Shown: piece after piece, positions 13,225 through 25,948 of the stretch
Numbering within the stretch: position 1 is the stretch's first letter
How the letters are laid out: each line of letters starts with the position of its first letter
Assembly (NCBI GenBank): GCA_051362555.1
Contig: CM120647.1
Coordinates: 20,746,651-20,810,650 of the forward strand
Direction of reading: 5' to 3'
Length of the DNA stretch: 64,000 nucleotides
From: Lingula anatina
Lineage: Eukaryota > Animalia > Brachiopoda
Program-made: the position numbers and the translations under genes
Notes under the pieces: model-generated
Told to the model about the DNA's origin: nothing
The model's input: the letters and a program-made list of their open reading frames with translations, nothing else
Databases searched by the model: none

Positions 13225-14517
13225 ATGTATTGTAGGAAGAAGGCCTTTCTGTTGCTTGTAGTCAGCCCGATGATATTATTTGCCTTTTGGAGTAAATTAC
13301 ACCAAGTTCAGAATTTAAAAGTTACTACCATTCAGGCACCCGGTAACTTTGTTAAGAGTGCTGCTAACCCATGGGCATCTGTCCCCAGCTTTGAGATCTT
13401 CGTTCGCATGTGTTCGACCAAAAAAGATATGTTTAACAAGATACTTATACCCAGTATGAAGCTGTTCTGGCCAAACGATACTCGGCTGATAGTTGTATTG
13501 GATAACGAGACCAAAAATGATCATCTCTGTGGCGAAGAACTGCGCGACAGGTACCCTTATCCGAACGTTTTCTATGAAAATCCCTCCCCAAAAACCTACA
13601 ACAACCGCGGTCATCTTCGACAGCAGTGGTCGATGTTCTACCCAGAGAATTACACCAATTCTGAATACATCGGTTTTGTAGATACAGATACTTTATTCAT
13701 ATCAACTGTCACGCCAGAGGATCTGTTCCTAAATGGGAAACCTGTAGTCATTGGAGTTTATGGTAAATTTCTTGTGAGCTTTTGGCAAGGGGTAGCCTTG
13801 AAGACGAGGAAACTCTTTGGAACACCAGAGGTAATGCAATGTATGGCCTATTTTCCTGTCATCTTAAAAGTGAAACACATCATTGATCTACGACATTACC
13901 TTGAGCGGCTACACAAGAAAAGATTTGACGACATTTTTAGAGAGTCAACAGTTGACGAAAGAGAATTATTCTCACAATTTAATGTAATGTGTCAGTACAT
14001 ATACACATTTCATCGTAATGAATACAGTTTTCGTATTCACAAGCGCCCGAATGGAAAGTGGATGCAAGAAAGCAAAGGCAGAATGCCTTTAAAATTCTAT
14101 CATGACAACTTTACAGCTGAAGAACGCGCGCCTATTGCAAGAGTAGCAATTCACTTGTCATATCATTTTACTCCAAAAAGTGAAGTTTTACTGTCTCCGT
14201 ACAATTTAAATAGTTACTATCTCCAAGCTCTACTGGAAGGAATTTGCCATTCTGGTGGGTTTGATATCTGTCCTGCACACTGTAGATACTTCAATAGAAG
14301 TGGAATCCACAGAAATCTGTTCAATTTTGAATTCTCTGACTGGACATGGGATCCTGCATGTGTTGGGGCTCAGGAAAAACACTATGCGGCTGTTGAGCGT
14401 TTAATAAAACAATACAGATTAAATGGAATGGAAATATTTGGTGAAAAAACACCCGCTGCCGCGTGTGAGCGGATTTTTCAAAGGGTAAAAGTGGATAAAA
14501 ATAAGGTTATCCAATAG
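13225..14517 (+). CDS. Single-exon 430-aa type II membrane protein, putative GT-A fold glycosyltransferase (DxD motif; possibly DUF6492-like)
   Basis: Long uninterrupted ORF in AT-rich DNA; N-terminal signal-anchor AFLLLVVSPMILFAFW after RKK; YIGFVDTDTLF...PEDLFLNGKPVV motif; family assignment from recall only. Confidence 0.7.
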   Translation: MYCRKKAFLLLVVSPMILFAFWSKLHQVQNLKVTTIQAPGNFVKSAANPWASVPSFEIFVRMCSTKKDMFNKILIPSMKLFWPNDTRLIVVLDNETKNDHLCGEELRDRYPYPNVFYENPSPKTYNNRGHLRQQWSMFYPENYTNSEYIGFVDTDTLFISTVTPEDLFLNGKPVVIGVYGKFLVSFWQGVALKTRKLFGTPEVMQCMAYFPVILKVKHIIDLRHYLERLHKKRFDDIFRESTVDERELFSQFNVMCQYIYTFHRNEYSFRIHKRPNGKWMQESKGRMPLKFYHDNFTAEERAPIARVAIHLSYHFTPKSEVLLSPYNLNSYYLQALLEGICHSGGFDICPAHCRYFNRSGIHRNLFNFEFSDWTWDPACVGAQEKHYAAVERLIKQYRLNGMEIFGEKTPAAACERIFQRVKVDKNKVIQ

Positions 14518-15057
14518 CAAACGATACGAATGCAAATAATCTTAGGCGAGTCTGGTAATCTGTGTGACTTACGATGCTTATTCTATTCCTCAGTACGTCC
14601 TTGGATCTCTGTCGCACACTGGCCACAGCCTCATTATCTGTCTTAAATATCGGAACCTAATTATGGTTTTAATCTATTCAATATGAATTTATAAATTGTC
14701 CACCCGCACACTGAAACAAAGCACATGTTATTTATTAATTTTTTTATTACTTATTTATTTATTTATTCATTTATTATATTTTTGTGCGAATCAGGGCCCT
14801 TTTTGAAGCCCTGATGCTTGGGCCGAAAGTCAACAGTTCTTAATATGTTTTGACTCACTGATTAAATGTATCGACGAAAAGCGTTGACAGGAAGATGAAT
14901 ATTTTGCTATATAAATGTCGTGCTTGAATTGTGCGCTATAGCTGTATTAGCTGTAACACATATAGACCTATACTCGTACTGTGCTAATGTATACCTTATT
15001 TAGCTGTAAAGTTTCTGAATTATGAAACTGGCTGCTCATTTATTTATAGAATATAGC

Positions 15058-15105
<48 letters not shown>

Positions 15106-16770
15106 TGTTGTTGTTGTTGTGAAGACTTGGTTCATAATGGGCAATTCTGCAGTATTTATATTTTTCCCTTTTGTATAGAGTAGGGGTCTTAATCTATCAC
15201 TTTGCTTGGAAAAAGGGTTGGGACACTTTATGTGGCGATAAGCGGATGTGAGGTGACCGAATATATTCCAGTATAGATAAAAACATATCTGTATTCTATA
15301 CTGCTGCGTATAAATAGGCCCCGTATAAATATACTTTTGCCCTTAGGTGTTTCACAATATCAGGGACGAATAAAACGTTTTGTTCCCGCAAGCAATTTGA
15401 ATGGATTATACTGTCATAAATGTGATACCAGCTGGGAAGCAAATATGTTATTATAGTAGGGTGCAGTTGTGGTATTCTATACTACAGCCGAATACACCAG
15501 AAAAGATGTCTTAGTTTTTTGAACAAAATTAAAATGTTTCCATCAGCTAGGTGACAGACAAGCGTGCACTGTAGGACTACTGCTAATAAGAAGTACAGTT
15601 TTGTCATTATATGAAGACCAAAAAAGGGAAGGAAAATTACTACACACGTATAAATATATATATGCTTCATTTGCCAATCTTTACCTAAATTAGATTGAGA
15701 GAAAGAGGGCCTATTTTCGGTGAAATCATGTTGTTTGTTACCAACGCATTAATTTTTTTAAATTATTTTGATTAAGATTTGTTTAAAATAAGTCGTTACT
15801 TTTAAAGGCCCACATCTTATTCTATTGGTTTACCCTAACATATGAATTAATGAACTTTATAGAATTTCTCAGAATGATTAAACCAGATGTGTGGATGTTT
15901 GTCTGTTTTGCTTACGAATTGGCGGCCATCTTGAAAAATCGTCAATGACTTTGGAGTAGCAACCAAGCAAAATTGGCTTTTCCTGTGGCAAGAAATGCAT
16001 TTCTGTAAGAACCACAGGAAACAACGTTGCGGGGTTAGAGTTCTGGCTACTCGACTACATTTAAAACTCAGACTTTTGTCTGTAATGAGTCATTTTATTT
16101 TCTCATTCTTAGTAAATTACGAAGTACACAATGTAGTAGGTAGTAGTAGGAAAATAAATTAAATTTTGTCAGACCTACAAATGAGTTGATATGTATCAAA
16201 GACCTGTAATGAAATATTACAGTTGTAAAATCTAGTTTTTTTTTTATTTTAAATGTTGTATCTGTGTATTTTAGTCTATTTGCATTGTCTTAGAATGTCT
16301 GTCATAACTCTTGTAAGAACGACTTGTTTTGGATTCTAATGAACAGATATCACCAGGCCTTCCGACGCTGAGGTGTGCATTGTTAAGTGTCGGGTAGGCG
16401 TACATGTACATCCATAAATCTTTACCATCAGATACTCATGACAAAAGCCTGGACACTATAGGACTGGGTTCGCATGCCTAGAACGATCTAACAGGATCGA
16501 TCCATCTCCGAGAGGCTTCTTATTAAATTAGCCAATCAGCATAACCTTCAATGGACTTGCGTTTTCCACTCTTGCCAAATACGCTTATAATTTTCAGACA
16601 AGTTGAGTCTTATGAAAATTGCACTTTCACACAATAACTTGCTAGGTTTACACTCATCTTAATTTATTTTATTCATTCATTTGCGATTAATAAATGTGAC
16701 TTCTTAACTTAACAAATCTTTCGCATCCATATAATGTTCTTTGTTTATACCTTAATCAGAAAGCAAAAGC

Positions 16771-17188
16771 ATTTCAAAACTGCAATCGACGACTCTTAAA
16801 AATCCGGAATCAATACAACAGTGCGTCCAATACCAAATATTGATGAAACTATCTTTCTACGTACAGTGTACATGTATATCTGCCCAACTCCACGGGGACT
16901 CTTGCTGAATGCAGTCAGATTAACAGATTAACACGCCTCCTCCTGGCAAGCAGAAACAGTTGGTGATTATGTTGGAAAAAAGTGGAGGTGTGTTAATCTG
17001 TAATTCTGATTGTATTCAGCGAGAGTCCCCGAGGAGTTGGATCAATCGAGGTAAAACATTAGTTTTACTGGAAACGTGCCCTAATAGTGGATGATAAGTC
17101 AAGGTGAGAAAGACTTTTTAAAAATATGCACATTGTGGTTTCTCTCTGAGACGTTTTACATAGGCTTCGTCGATTGCAGTTTTGACAT
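16771..17188. mobile_element. Nested fold-back/MITE-like elements
   Basis: Outer inverted repeat ATTTCAAAACTGCAATCGACGA (16771-16792) / TCGTCGATTGCAGTTTTGACAT (17167-17188); inner ~57-bp imperfect inverted repeat 16884-16941 / 16982-17040. Confidence 0.55.
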
Positions 17189-18198
17189 GTTTTTCAATAA
17201 ACTAAATCGATCGGAGAATGTGAGGTGGTAGTGTGAGCAACAGTCACCATGGTTGAAATTTCAGTCCGGTTATGTTTTTTTTTTTTGTGTGTCAGAACAG
17301 ATCTAGTTATTTTTTTGCAGTGATTTAAGTTGTTCGACTGATGTAACTAAATTTTCATTTGGACAAACAATTCTTTCTCTCGTTATGTCTTTATGAGTTT
17401 TTTAATGGAAAATGAATCTATATATTGAGAATCAGTTCGTATTCTCAGGGCAGACTAGGCAAGACCCGAGTTTTATTTTCAAGCCAGGTCGAGACAAAGA
17501 CCACCTCACTGAGAAAACACACAAACGGAGCTGTTGTGTGTGACTATAGCCACGAAACAATAGCATAATAGGCAATTAACCTGTTTGCCACTAAGATTGT
17601 ATGCTCGCCAGGATGATGTGAAAGGATGCCAGTGGCTACTGAGACTTATAACGATGTTATATGTATGACGCCTATTAATAAGTGTAGATCTCAACTGAGG
17701 TTAAAGGGGATGAAGTAAACGGATAAATGGGAAAACTTTCATTTTGATTTTTATATTTTCTCTTATTTATGATTATATCCGTCTGTAATTTCTCTACTCA
17801 TGCTACTGGCATCAGAGCACTGATAACCCTCGGCCATGAAGGAAGGCGTCTGATGCTTATTATGACCTACATCAGGAGATGTTTTACAAAAATATTCATT
17901 CGTTTCTACTGCTTGAATAAGTTAATCAAGATTTTTCATTTGACCCACTACTGCTTTCCTTCGATTCGTTAAATCACGATAACTTGTTTTTCATTTCTCA
18001 GAATACCAAGTCAGTTGGTTCCAATGTGTTTGAGAGTACTGAGGTGGCTGTACATGTTAAGTCCAGTGTGTTTTCATTTGACTCACTGAAATTCACCACA
18101 ATGAAAAAAAAAAAAAAAAACCATGCCCCTTCAGGCTGCCTAAAAATGCAGTCATCCTACGCCCTATTACATAATCCACATTTTGGATAAGTGTTTAA

Positions 18199-19654
18199 AG
18201 GGTTTGCTTCATGCCGTCAGAATGGCCTGAACGGAACATATTCTTCAGAAAACATGCCCAACTAACGATATCTTTATCCAAATACACAAATTAAAAGCTC
18301 ATTTTGTAAAATTTTGGCTTTAAAAAACGTCCTATTTGCTCGTCCTGGGAGTTAATGAGCTACGTGGTCACGTGGTCCAATGACGACAATCGAGCCACTG
18401 GAGAACAGAGCGTGCTTAGCTGTCAAACTGAGCTGCATTGTCTACCTGTAAGATGACTTCTCTGGCTTCTGATAAAAGTTTATACTCATTCAAATCTCTT
18501 ACCCGAGGGGTCTAAATCCTCGTGAAGCTGTGTAAAACCATTTCCCGTCTAGTCATTTCTTTAACAAGCATTTCATTATGGTTATCCCAAGTTGTATAAA
18601 ACACTGCATTTGAATGAGTTAAGGGAAATGTTGATTATTGCATATGAGGTCCATGTTATTTGTGAAATTCAATTTATTTTATTAAACCGCTGACACTCCG
18701 TCTTGCATACTTTTATTAAACTGAGGTAAACAATGCCCGTTACCTTTACAAGTCCTATCTTAATCATCCATCTAACTGGAACTTCCTTTACCTCTTAATT
18801 AGAGGGTTAAATGGCATTCAATTTGTCTTGCTTGTATCGAACGCACTCTCTATCTAAGCTTTACTCCAGTTATCTCAGGTAAAAATCTACCTGTGCGTTA
18901 GTTACATAGCGCAGCTCCCGTAGACCTGGGGGTACTAGATAAAATCTGAACACCAGGTTTATCGAGGAGCTAGAGAAAGAAAGGAAGAATTTTCCCTGCA
19001 CAACTTCATAGGAATTTTAACACGGACTTGATCCAGCTTAGACCTCCAAACTAACAGGGTGACATGGGCAATTTTCACAAACAAATCATAAAACTATATT
19101 TCAGTTAACCGCCTTTAAAATAAATATACCGTTCTGGGTAAATTAAAATAGTTATTAAATCGCAAGAATATTTTTGACTTAAATGATGATTTTATTATTA
19201 ATGGAAATTAAGCTGCTATATGAGGTACATTTGCTGTGATTACGCTGTCCTTCATGTTTTGCGTAAGTCTACATTTTGCTGTATGTGCTTGTAATCTTTT
19301 TAAATATGTGCGTACAATTTTTGCAGGTCTGGTTACCCCCCTGTTATGTGATGAGAGTATTAATTTGGCAATTAGTTCCTTAGCTTATTTGAATAGAATT
19401 GCAGTGTAAAATTTTCAACAAGATGTTGGCGAAATAGCCCATTACTCTTTGTAGGTATTTCCCCCGTCAAAGTTTGTCTAAAATTATCTTTCAATCTTTA
19501 CTCTTTCAAAGACAGTATAAAGTTACCTGACATATTTTCTTGTAAACTTAATGACAAGCCAAGTGTCTCCAGTTCATTCCGTACTCAATTTTACCCAAGC
19601 AAATTTTTTTCTTGAGTAGATCTTTATAGCACGGTGTTATAAGCTTACAAATTT

Positions 19655-19703
<49 letters not shown>

Positions 19704-20693
19704 CGTACTGACGCAGAATTTGCGTTTCAAGTTATAAAATAATCAATCTTTTAAATTATTTAATATTTCAGATGAAATAATCTTCAGAAACAAATCCTCA
19801 AAGCATAAACGAATTAGGATAACGAACCATTTTATTATAGCAGTTCCCATTTTTTCTTTAATATAACGCTCTTTTTCCTGTTTTTCCTCAACACGTTTTC
19901 TTCCACGGAAGCTTCAAGATACCCTGAGAGCAATTTCTTTTATTAATGTTCGCGACCGTGTTTGAACTTAATTGTTTAAGTATTGATATTTAACGTCATT
20001 TACAAATACCAATAAAATAACCCCATGAAATAAATGAGATATATTGAAAAATATGAAAGCCCACCAAGACGAGTTTCATACCTGTTATTACCTGGCTTGG
20101 GAATTGCAGCGGTGCATAATTAACAGGTTTGTTGTAAACGAGCTTTTGGTCAACTACAATGCATTTGAAATGCATCAGCAATCAGTAAGTTTGCCAACTG
20201 ATGACAGTTAATCTGAAAGACTACCAGCTCTTGATATGATCTAAACCACCTGAGGTGACCATGATCTAGAGCATCGCAACTATTGTCACCGAAGTTAGTA
20301 AGTAAGTCACGGAAGACCGTCACAGACAAAGAAAGATTGTCAACGAGAGCTGCAATTTTGCTGAATCCCACGGCAACACACCGAGGCATAACGAAAATTC
20401 CTCAACTCCGTTCAACACAACTTTCCTTAACTTCTCCGTCTGTATGCACCATGCAGCTCAGTTGAGTCTCATAGACCTTTATCGTGATTGTCGTCACAGT
20501 ACCACGTGACCCAGATCTGTTGCTTCATTTTTGCATATTGAGGTGAGGTTTACTAAAACGCTTTTTTTTCTACTAATAGATTGTTTTTATAATTTTTAAC
20601 TGGCGGGGATCGATTAAAACATACCTCTAGTGTATAGATTGAGTGCTGTATCTTCAAAATTCGAGAAATGGATTTTTACATGAACATTGTCCT
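18199..20693. mobile_element. Putative degenerate non-autonomous Kolobok-like DNA transposon
   Basis: TTAA|AGG(n6)TTCATG at the left end and the reverse complement at the right end (TTAA TSD); subterminal inverted motif GGTCACGTGGT...TGACGACAATC (18366-18391 vs ~20486-20511); THAP-like start MPRCVAVG(F)S on the minus strand at 20389. Confidence 0.4.
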
Positions 20694-21583
20694 TTAAATA
20701 CGCGCTCACGACAGTGGCCTGCGAGAAGTTCACAGCTACCAGTTTAACTGACATCGTGCCTATCACAATTTTGGGGAGAAGGTACATGTACATGTATATG
20801 TTGTTCAGAAATTGTCATCAAATTTGACTGTACATTTCGAAGTCATTGCTTAGTACTTATTATTCTTATTATAAAAAAATGATAAATAGAATAATTAAAA
20901 TAGAAAATAACATGTATGTGTTAATAAGATATTGTAATCAAATTAGCGCACCTCTATCAAACGCCATTCCCTTCGAACAAGTTGACCATTGGTGACAACA
21001 GGAACGCCACCATGTGACTATGTATCACTGAAGGTATAAAAGCACGGAATTTTGAAAGTGCGGTCATTCAACAGCGGACTGATGTAGAGCAACAGAAAGG
21101 ATGACATGTGCTGCGTCCCATATCAAGCAAAAAGGACACGGGAGTTAACTCGCATCTTTCCGAAGCTTTCCCTCATCCTTCGTCAACGCATCGTTCATCG
21201 ACATAATGTTTCTTGCACACGCAGACGTCTGGACGGTGGATTCGACGTTTCTCTAAGCTGGCCAGCTAAAACCTTCGCTTCTCCGCACGAGGAATCGTCG
21301 CTCAGGAATCTTCGCAGGATACATCATCGGCTTTCTGCTGGTCTAGGCTCTATTGTTGTAGTGTCATTGCATTATTCCCACGCGTTTCAGGTTTCTTCTT
21401 ATTGCAGGTCCAGGAAGCAGACTGCAGAGGGCTGACATAGGTAGGGAAAACTCATTTATCCGTTTTTCTTTCTGCTTACAGAACTCTATTATGGTGATTC
21501 TAGATAGAGCTCCCACTGACATCTGCAAGGAGAAGAGGGCCACACCTACACTTTAGATATTACCATCAATCCTTTGTGCCAAC

Positions 21584-21740
21584 GAGTTCTGCCATGGTCT
21601 GCCTACAAGGTGGCTGCACTGGGGAAGCGCCCAACGAGTCCTGTCATGGTCTGCCTACAAGGTGGCTGCATTGGGGAAGCGTCCAGCGAGTCCTGCCATG
21701 GTCTGCCTACAAGGTGGCTGCACTGGGGAAGCGTCCAAGG
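21584..21740. repeat. 3 x 52-bp tandem repeat
   Basis: GAGT(T/C)CTG(C/T)CATGGTCTGCCTACAAGGTGGCTGCA(C/T)TGGGGAAGCG at 21584, 21636 and 21688. Confidence 0.85.
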
Positions 21741-24700
21741 TATATGGTGTTTCAATGAGATGGAAAACCCTCAGAGGTAACCCGTGTTATTGGCGAGAGA
21801 AATAGACTAAAATATTTTTCATTTGCGGTCTGCCCCATAAGTTTTTCACTTTACTGGCCATTAGGACTACAACTTTCCTAGAGTCTACTGGTCTGTATTA
21901 GGATCCAGTGGTTCGAATACAAACGTCAATAAAACTGGATTTGCATTTTAATATTATTATTATTATTATTAACAACACTCTGACATTTTTTTTAGGAACA
22001 TGAAGTAACAGATACATTAAAACTTGAATAAAATCAAAAGTTCTTTTGAAAACTTATGAAAAAATCTAATGGTTACAACACTAAATTCACACATTGTGAA
22101 AAATCGATTTGTCCAGGCAATCATTAGTATGTCACAGTCATTGATTGCACAGAAATGGGGATATGATAAAAAGACTTGGTAATTCAATAAACAAGTGTTA
22201 CCGTTTTAGAGATCAAAAGAAAAGGAGATGAGATCCTGGAAAATCCCAACGTGAAAACAAAGCTGCTGGACAGCAAGAAGTCGGCGACCTGATAGTGCTG
22301 GGTTTGCCTTGGAAGAGACGCTGACTTGAATGCCTACTTCTCACTGATTGGTGAAGCCATCATGTCACAGGTACTCACTGCTGCTCATTAAGATAACAGA
22401 TATGCGTTTCATAAAAGAAATTAAAGCTAGTCTATAATGGATAAAATTGGAGCAGTCCAGAGTTTTTACTGTAAAGTCAGATTGATTGAAAACAAGCATA
22501 ATTCTTTTAAAAACTTTTATTTATGCTAAAAAGTTTATTTATATTTTGAGATGAATGAGGTTGATAAGTTTGAAACCCGAGACACTTTCATGAGGCAGCC
22601 CACTGTCACTCTAAACGAATTACTTTTATCCTTGACAACCAATCTCATTTTCATTTCAAAGTTCTGGTAGATAGTATTAAAGAGCTCTTAGCCATGCACT
22701 GTTATGAAACAGTCTACTGTCATAACAAAAATTATTTCACTCGTCCATTCACCACACTCTTGGGATAAACCACTTTTCAGAGTTGGTACATTGGGGAGGG
22801 GTGGGGGAGGTAAAGGCAAAAGCTAATGCTATGTTTCCTTTATATTACTTTTCGTAAGAAGTGCAAAACGAGTGGCAAATGTAATCCTTTCAATCAATCC
22901 TTGGCTGGTGATTCCTGCCATGGGAAGGTGGCTGCCTGGGGGAACATCAGAAGCATGCGGTGTTTCACTAAAATGGAAACCTTCCAAGCCGTAAAAGGTA
23001 ACTCATTTTATTGGGGAGAATAATACACTAAAGCCATTTTTCTTACCTTACTTAACTTTTGAGATAAAGCCCTTAGCCACATTAATTTTACAGCTAACTT
23101 TCACAAGGCAGTGTACATTCCCCTTGACCCACTTTATAAGGTTTTTCTTTCCTTTTTTTTATTAAACTTTTTTTAATGAATTTTTTTAAAGCTGCTATTT
23201 AGTCTAAAAATTCACACTTTTTAAATAAAAGAAGCGCGTTTGAACTCTGCTCTGATCATGTTAAGAACAAAAAACTTCTGAAACGCCAAAATACTGAAGT
23301 GTTAACGGTGTGTAAATACCAGTGACATTCATGTTCTTTGTTGCAATTACTGCAAGCTTTTCATACTTTTGTGTTAACACATTACATTTCATTTGTAGGC
23401 CACGGAGGTGCAGTTTTCCAGAAATAATTCCTGAACGCAGACACCAACAATCCTAGCCCAAATGTCCAAGATGTGAAACACTTAATGGCGCTAGCAACGA
23501 GCCCCTTTTGCCACTTCCATTGATGATCGGTCGTCCTTGGCAGTCTTGGTTTTTAAAGACGGTTTGTCTGCGAAAAAACTTTAAAGAATGTGGAATGGTA
23601 ATGAAGAGCGATATACAGAATGTAAGAGGAATACAATCTAATAATGTAGTCAAGTCTATATTGAGAATTTTTGCGGTTCATGGGACACAGATATGGGTCT
23701 GGTGTAATTGCATTTAGTAAGTTTTAATTTTTCACTTAAGACAGTGCACCATTTTATTTCAATAGCTTAAGAGAAACTGAAGTTCGGGATGATAGTTCAT
23801 AATTCCATAAATGATCAGTTGAATAGGATGAATTGTGGTTCTGTGTGAAAATTTTGAGTCTGCCTCTATAGTCATATTTTAAAAAATAAAATTGAATATC
23901 CAGATGTTTTATCCACATTCTAAATGCAGATAGATTTTCGCTCACAAAAACATTACCACATAGGCATTACCACCACTTATGGTCGTCTGTTTTATTTCAA
24001 TCCTAGTGGTGTAGTTATTTTTCAAATTTGTGCTTTTGATGATGTGGAGTTGTTTGTCAGTATAGCTTTTGAGAAGATCATAACCCGTACATTAACCATA
24101 TCTAACAACCCTCACAGATTTGTAAAATCCGACTTGATGTAAATGCTTTTACATGAAGAGGCTTTACATTGATAGCTTGTGCAAAATCTGTAATGAAATA
24201 TTTTACGTTGCAGAAAATATTTCATTATGTTTTCGCACAGTCTGCTCCTCGTGTGGGATGGCAGGGTACACACGGTCATCTCTCAAGATAGAGGATCGCA
24301 ATTTACTTATATTACTAATGTTCTGATTTTCTCAAGTGTTATAGTTGACAGATATATCCAATTCATTAAATATGCACCCTCTTCTCCGGATAAAAAAAAT
24401 TCCTATTGAAATTTACATGGACGGTCATACAGTGAAATGTGAGATATGAAATATTTCAAAGCAAGCTTGCTTTATTCTTGACTTGTATCATACAGGTAGT
24501 TGCGATTTCAGAGCAAAATTACATTTGAGAAACTTCTATTTTAAATTGAGTTACAGTGTATATGTCAAAGTTTAGTTTAAATCATTGAGGTGCTCGAGTT
24601 GTAGTCATATAACTTGAGTCTTTGTATGTATTTTTATACTTGGAACTTGAATAAAGTTTTGATGGATACTTTCACTTGTAAAAGGATTGAGTCACTTTAT

Positions 24701-25300
24701 TTTTGTCTTCATCTCCTTAGATAAAGTTGAAGTTAGTCTAGGTTTAATCAAGGAGTTACAACAGAACTTCTTGGTTTAATTATGTTAAGACTGTAGTAAA
24801 TGCGTCTTAATTGCCTTCAGTACCTTTTTCTGTAGGAATTGGTAAATTCTTGTGCTTCATAATGTGTACCAGTATAGTGTCTATAGAGAATAGTTTGTAC
24901 TCACAAACTTGCACCATGTTGTCTAAAACGGGACGATATTCTTAAACTTTAAGGCCCCGTGCCAATAAAAACAAAGCTGGAGTTATAATGTTATAAAGGC
25001 TGAAGTATCCGGGCGTGGGCACTTTCCCGCCATTCCCCACGAAGCGTTTAGACGGGAAATTGCCCACGGCCCGCAGGCATCGGGTACCAGCTTCCGGCCA
25101 CAAGACCAGCATTAACGGACTGTTTGCGTTTTGTTGTTAGATGATTGGGACATAAATGGAAAATCTTTTAATAATACTACCATTTATTGATTCATTGCGT
25201 TTACGTAATTAATTAGTGATTGCAAAGTGCTTTTGAAATTGAATGTTACTAAATTGCACATAAAATTTGAATAAAAATTATACTCTATAATTTTTCTTTT

Positions 25301-25345
<45 letters not shown>

Positions 25346-25460
25346 AAAAAAACGGAAGGCCTGTACAGACTTGCAAATTAATTTTAATGGTGTCGCAATG
25401 CATCTGCACGAGGCTCGTTTAATCATCAGTCGAAATTATCTTCTTTTCAACTGCCCCTTA

Positions 25461-25948
25461 GGGGCCGTTCACATGAAAAATCTATTTTCTAAAATCCTAT
25501 TGGCGGTATCTTGTGATCACGGTCTGTGCCCTGAATGCCCCACGGCGTAATTACTGGCAGCGCGAGCGAGTTACTTCCAAAGCTGTAATTAATTCTCCGC
25601 TGCGCTCGGAGGAGATTCTGATACCTTGACGCATGCGCAGTAGTATCTCTAAGCTGTGGAGTTAATCAGTTTAGTTGTGACGACGCGAGCATACAGACGC
25701 GTAATATGGCTAGTGGTAGTGCTTGTTTTCAAAGCAACTGCGACCGCCATTTACTTTCTAACTTCCTACTGCGCATGCGTCAAGGTAAGAGAATCTCCTC
25801 CGAGCGCAGCCTAGAATTAATTACAGCTTTGGAATAACTCGCTCTCTCTGCTAATTAATTACGCAACGGGATATTCAGGGCACAGACCGTGACCACTGGA
25901 TACCGCCAATTGATTTTTAGAAAATAGATTTTTCATGTGAACGGTCCC
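25461..25948. mobile_element. PIF/Harbinger-type (Tourist-like) fold-back MITE
   Basis: TIR GGGGCCGTTCACATGAAAAATCTATTTTCTAAAA... / ...TTTTAGAAAATAGATTTTTCATGTGAACGGTCCC; inverted arms ~185 bp; TTA TSD at 25458-25460 and 25949-25951. Confidence 0.85.
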
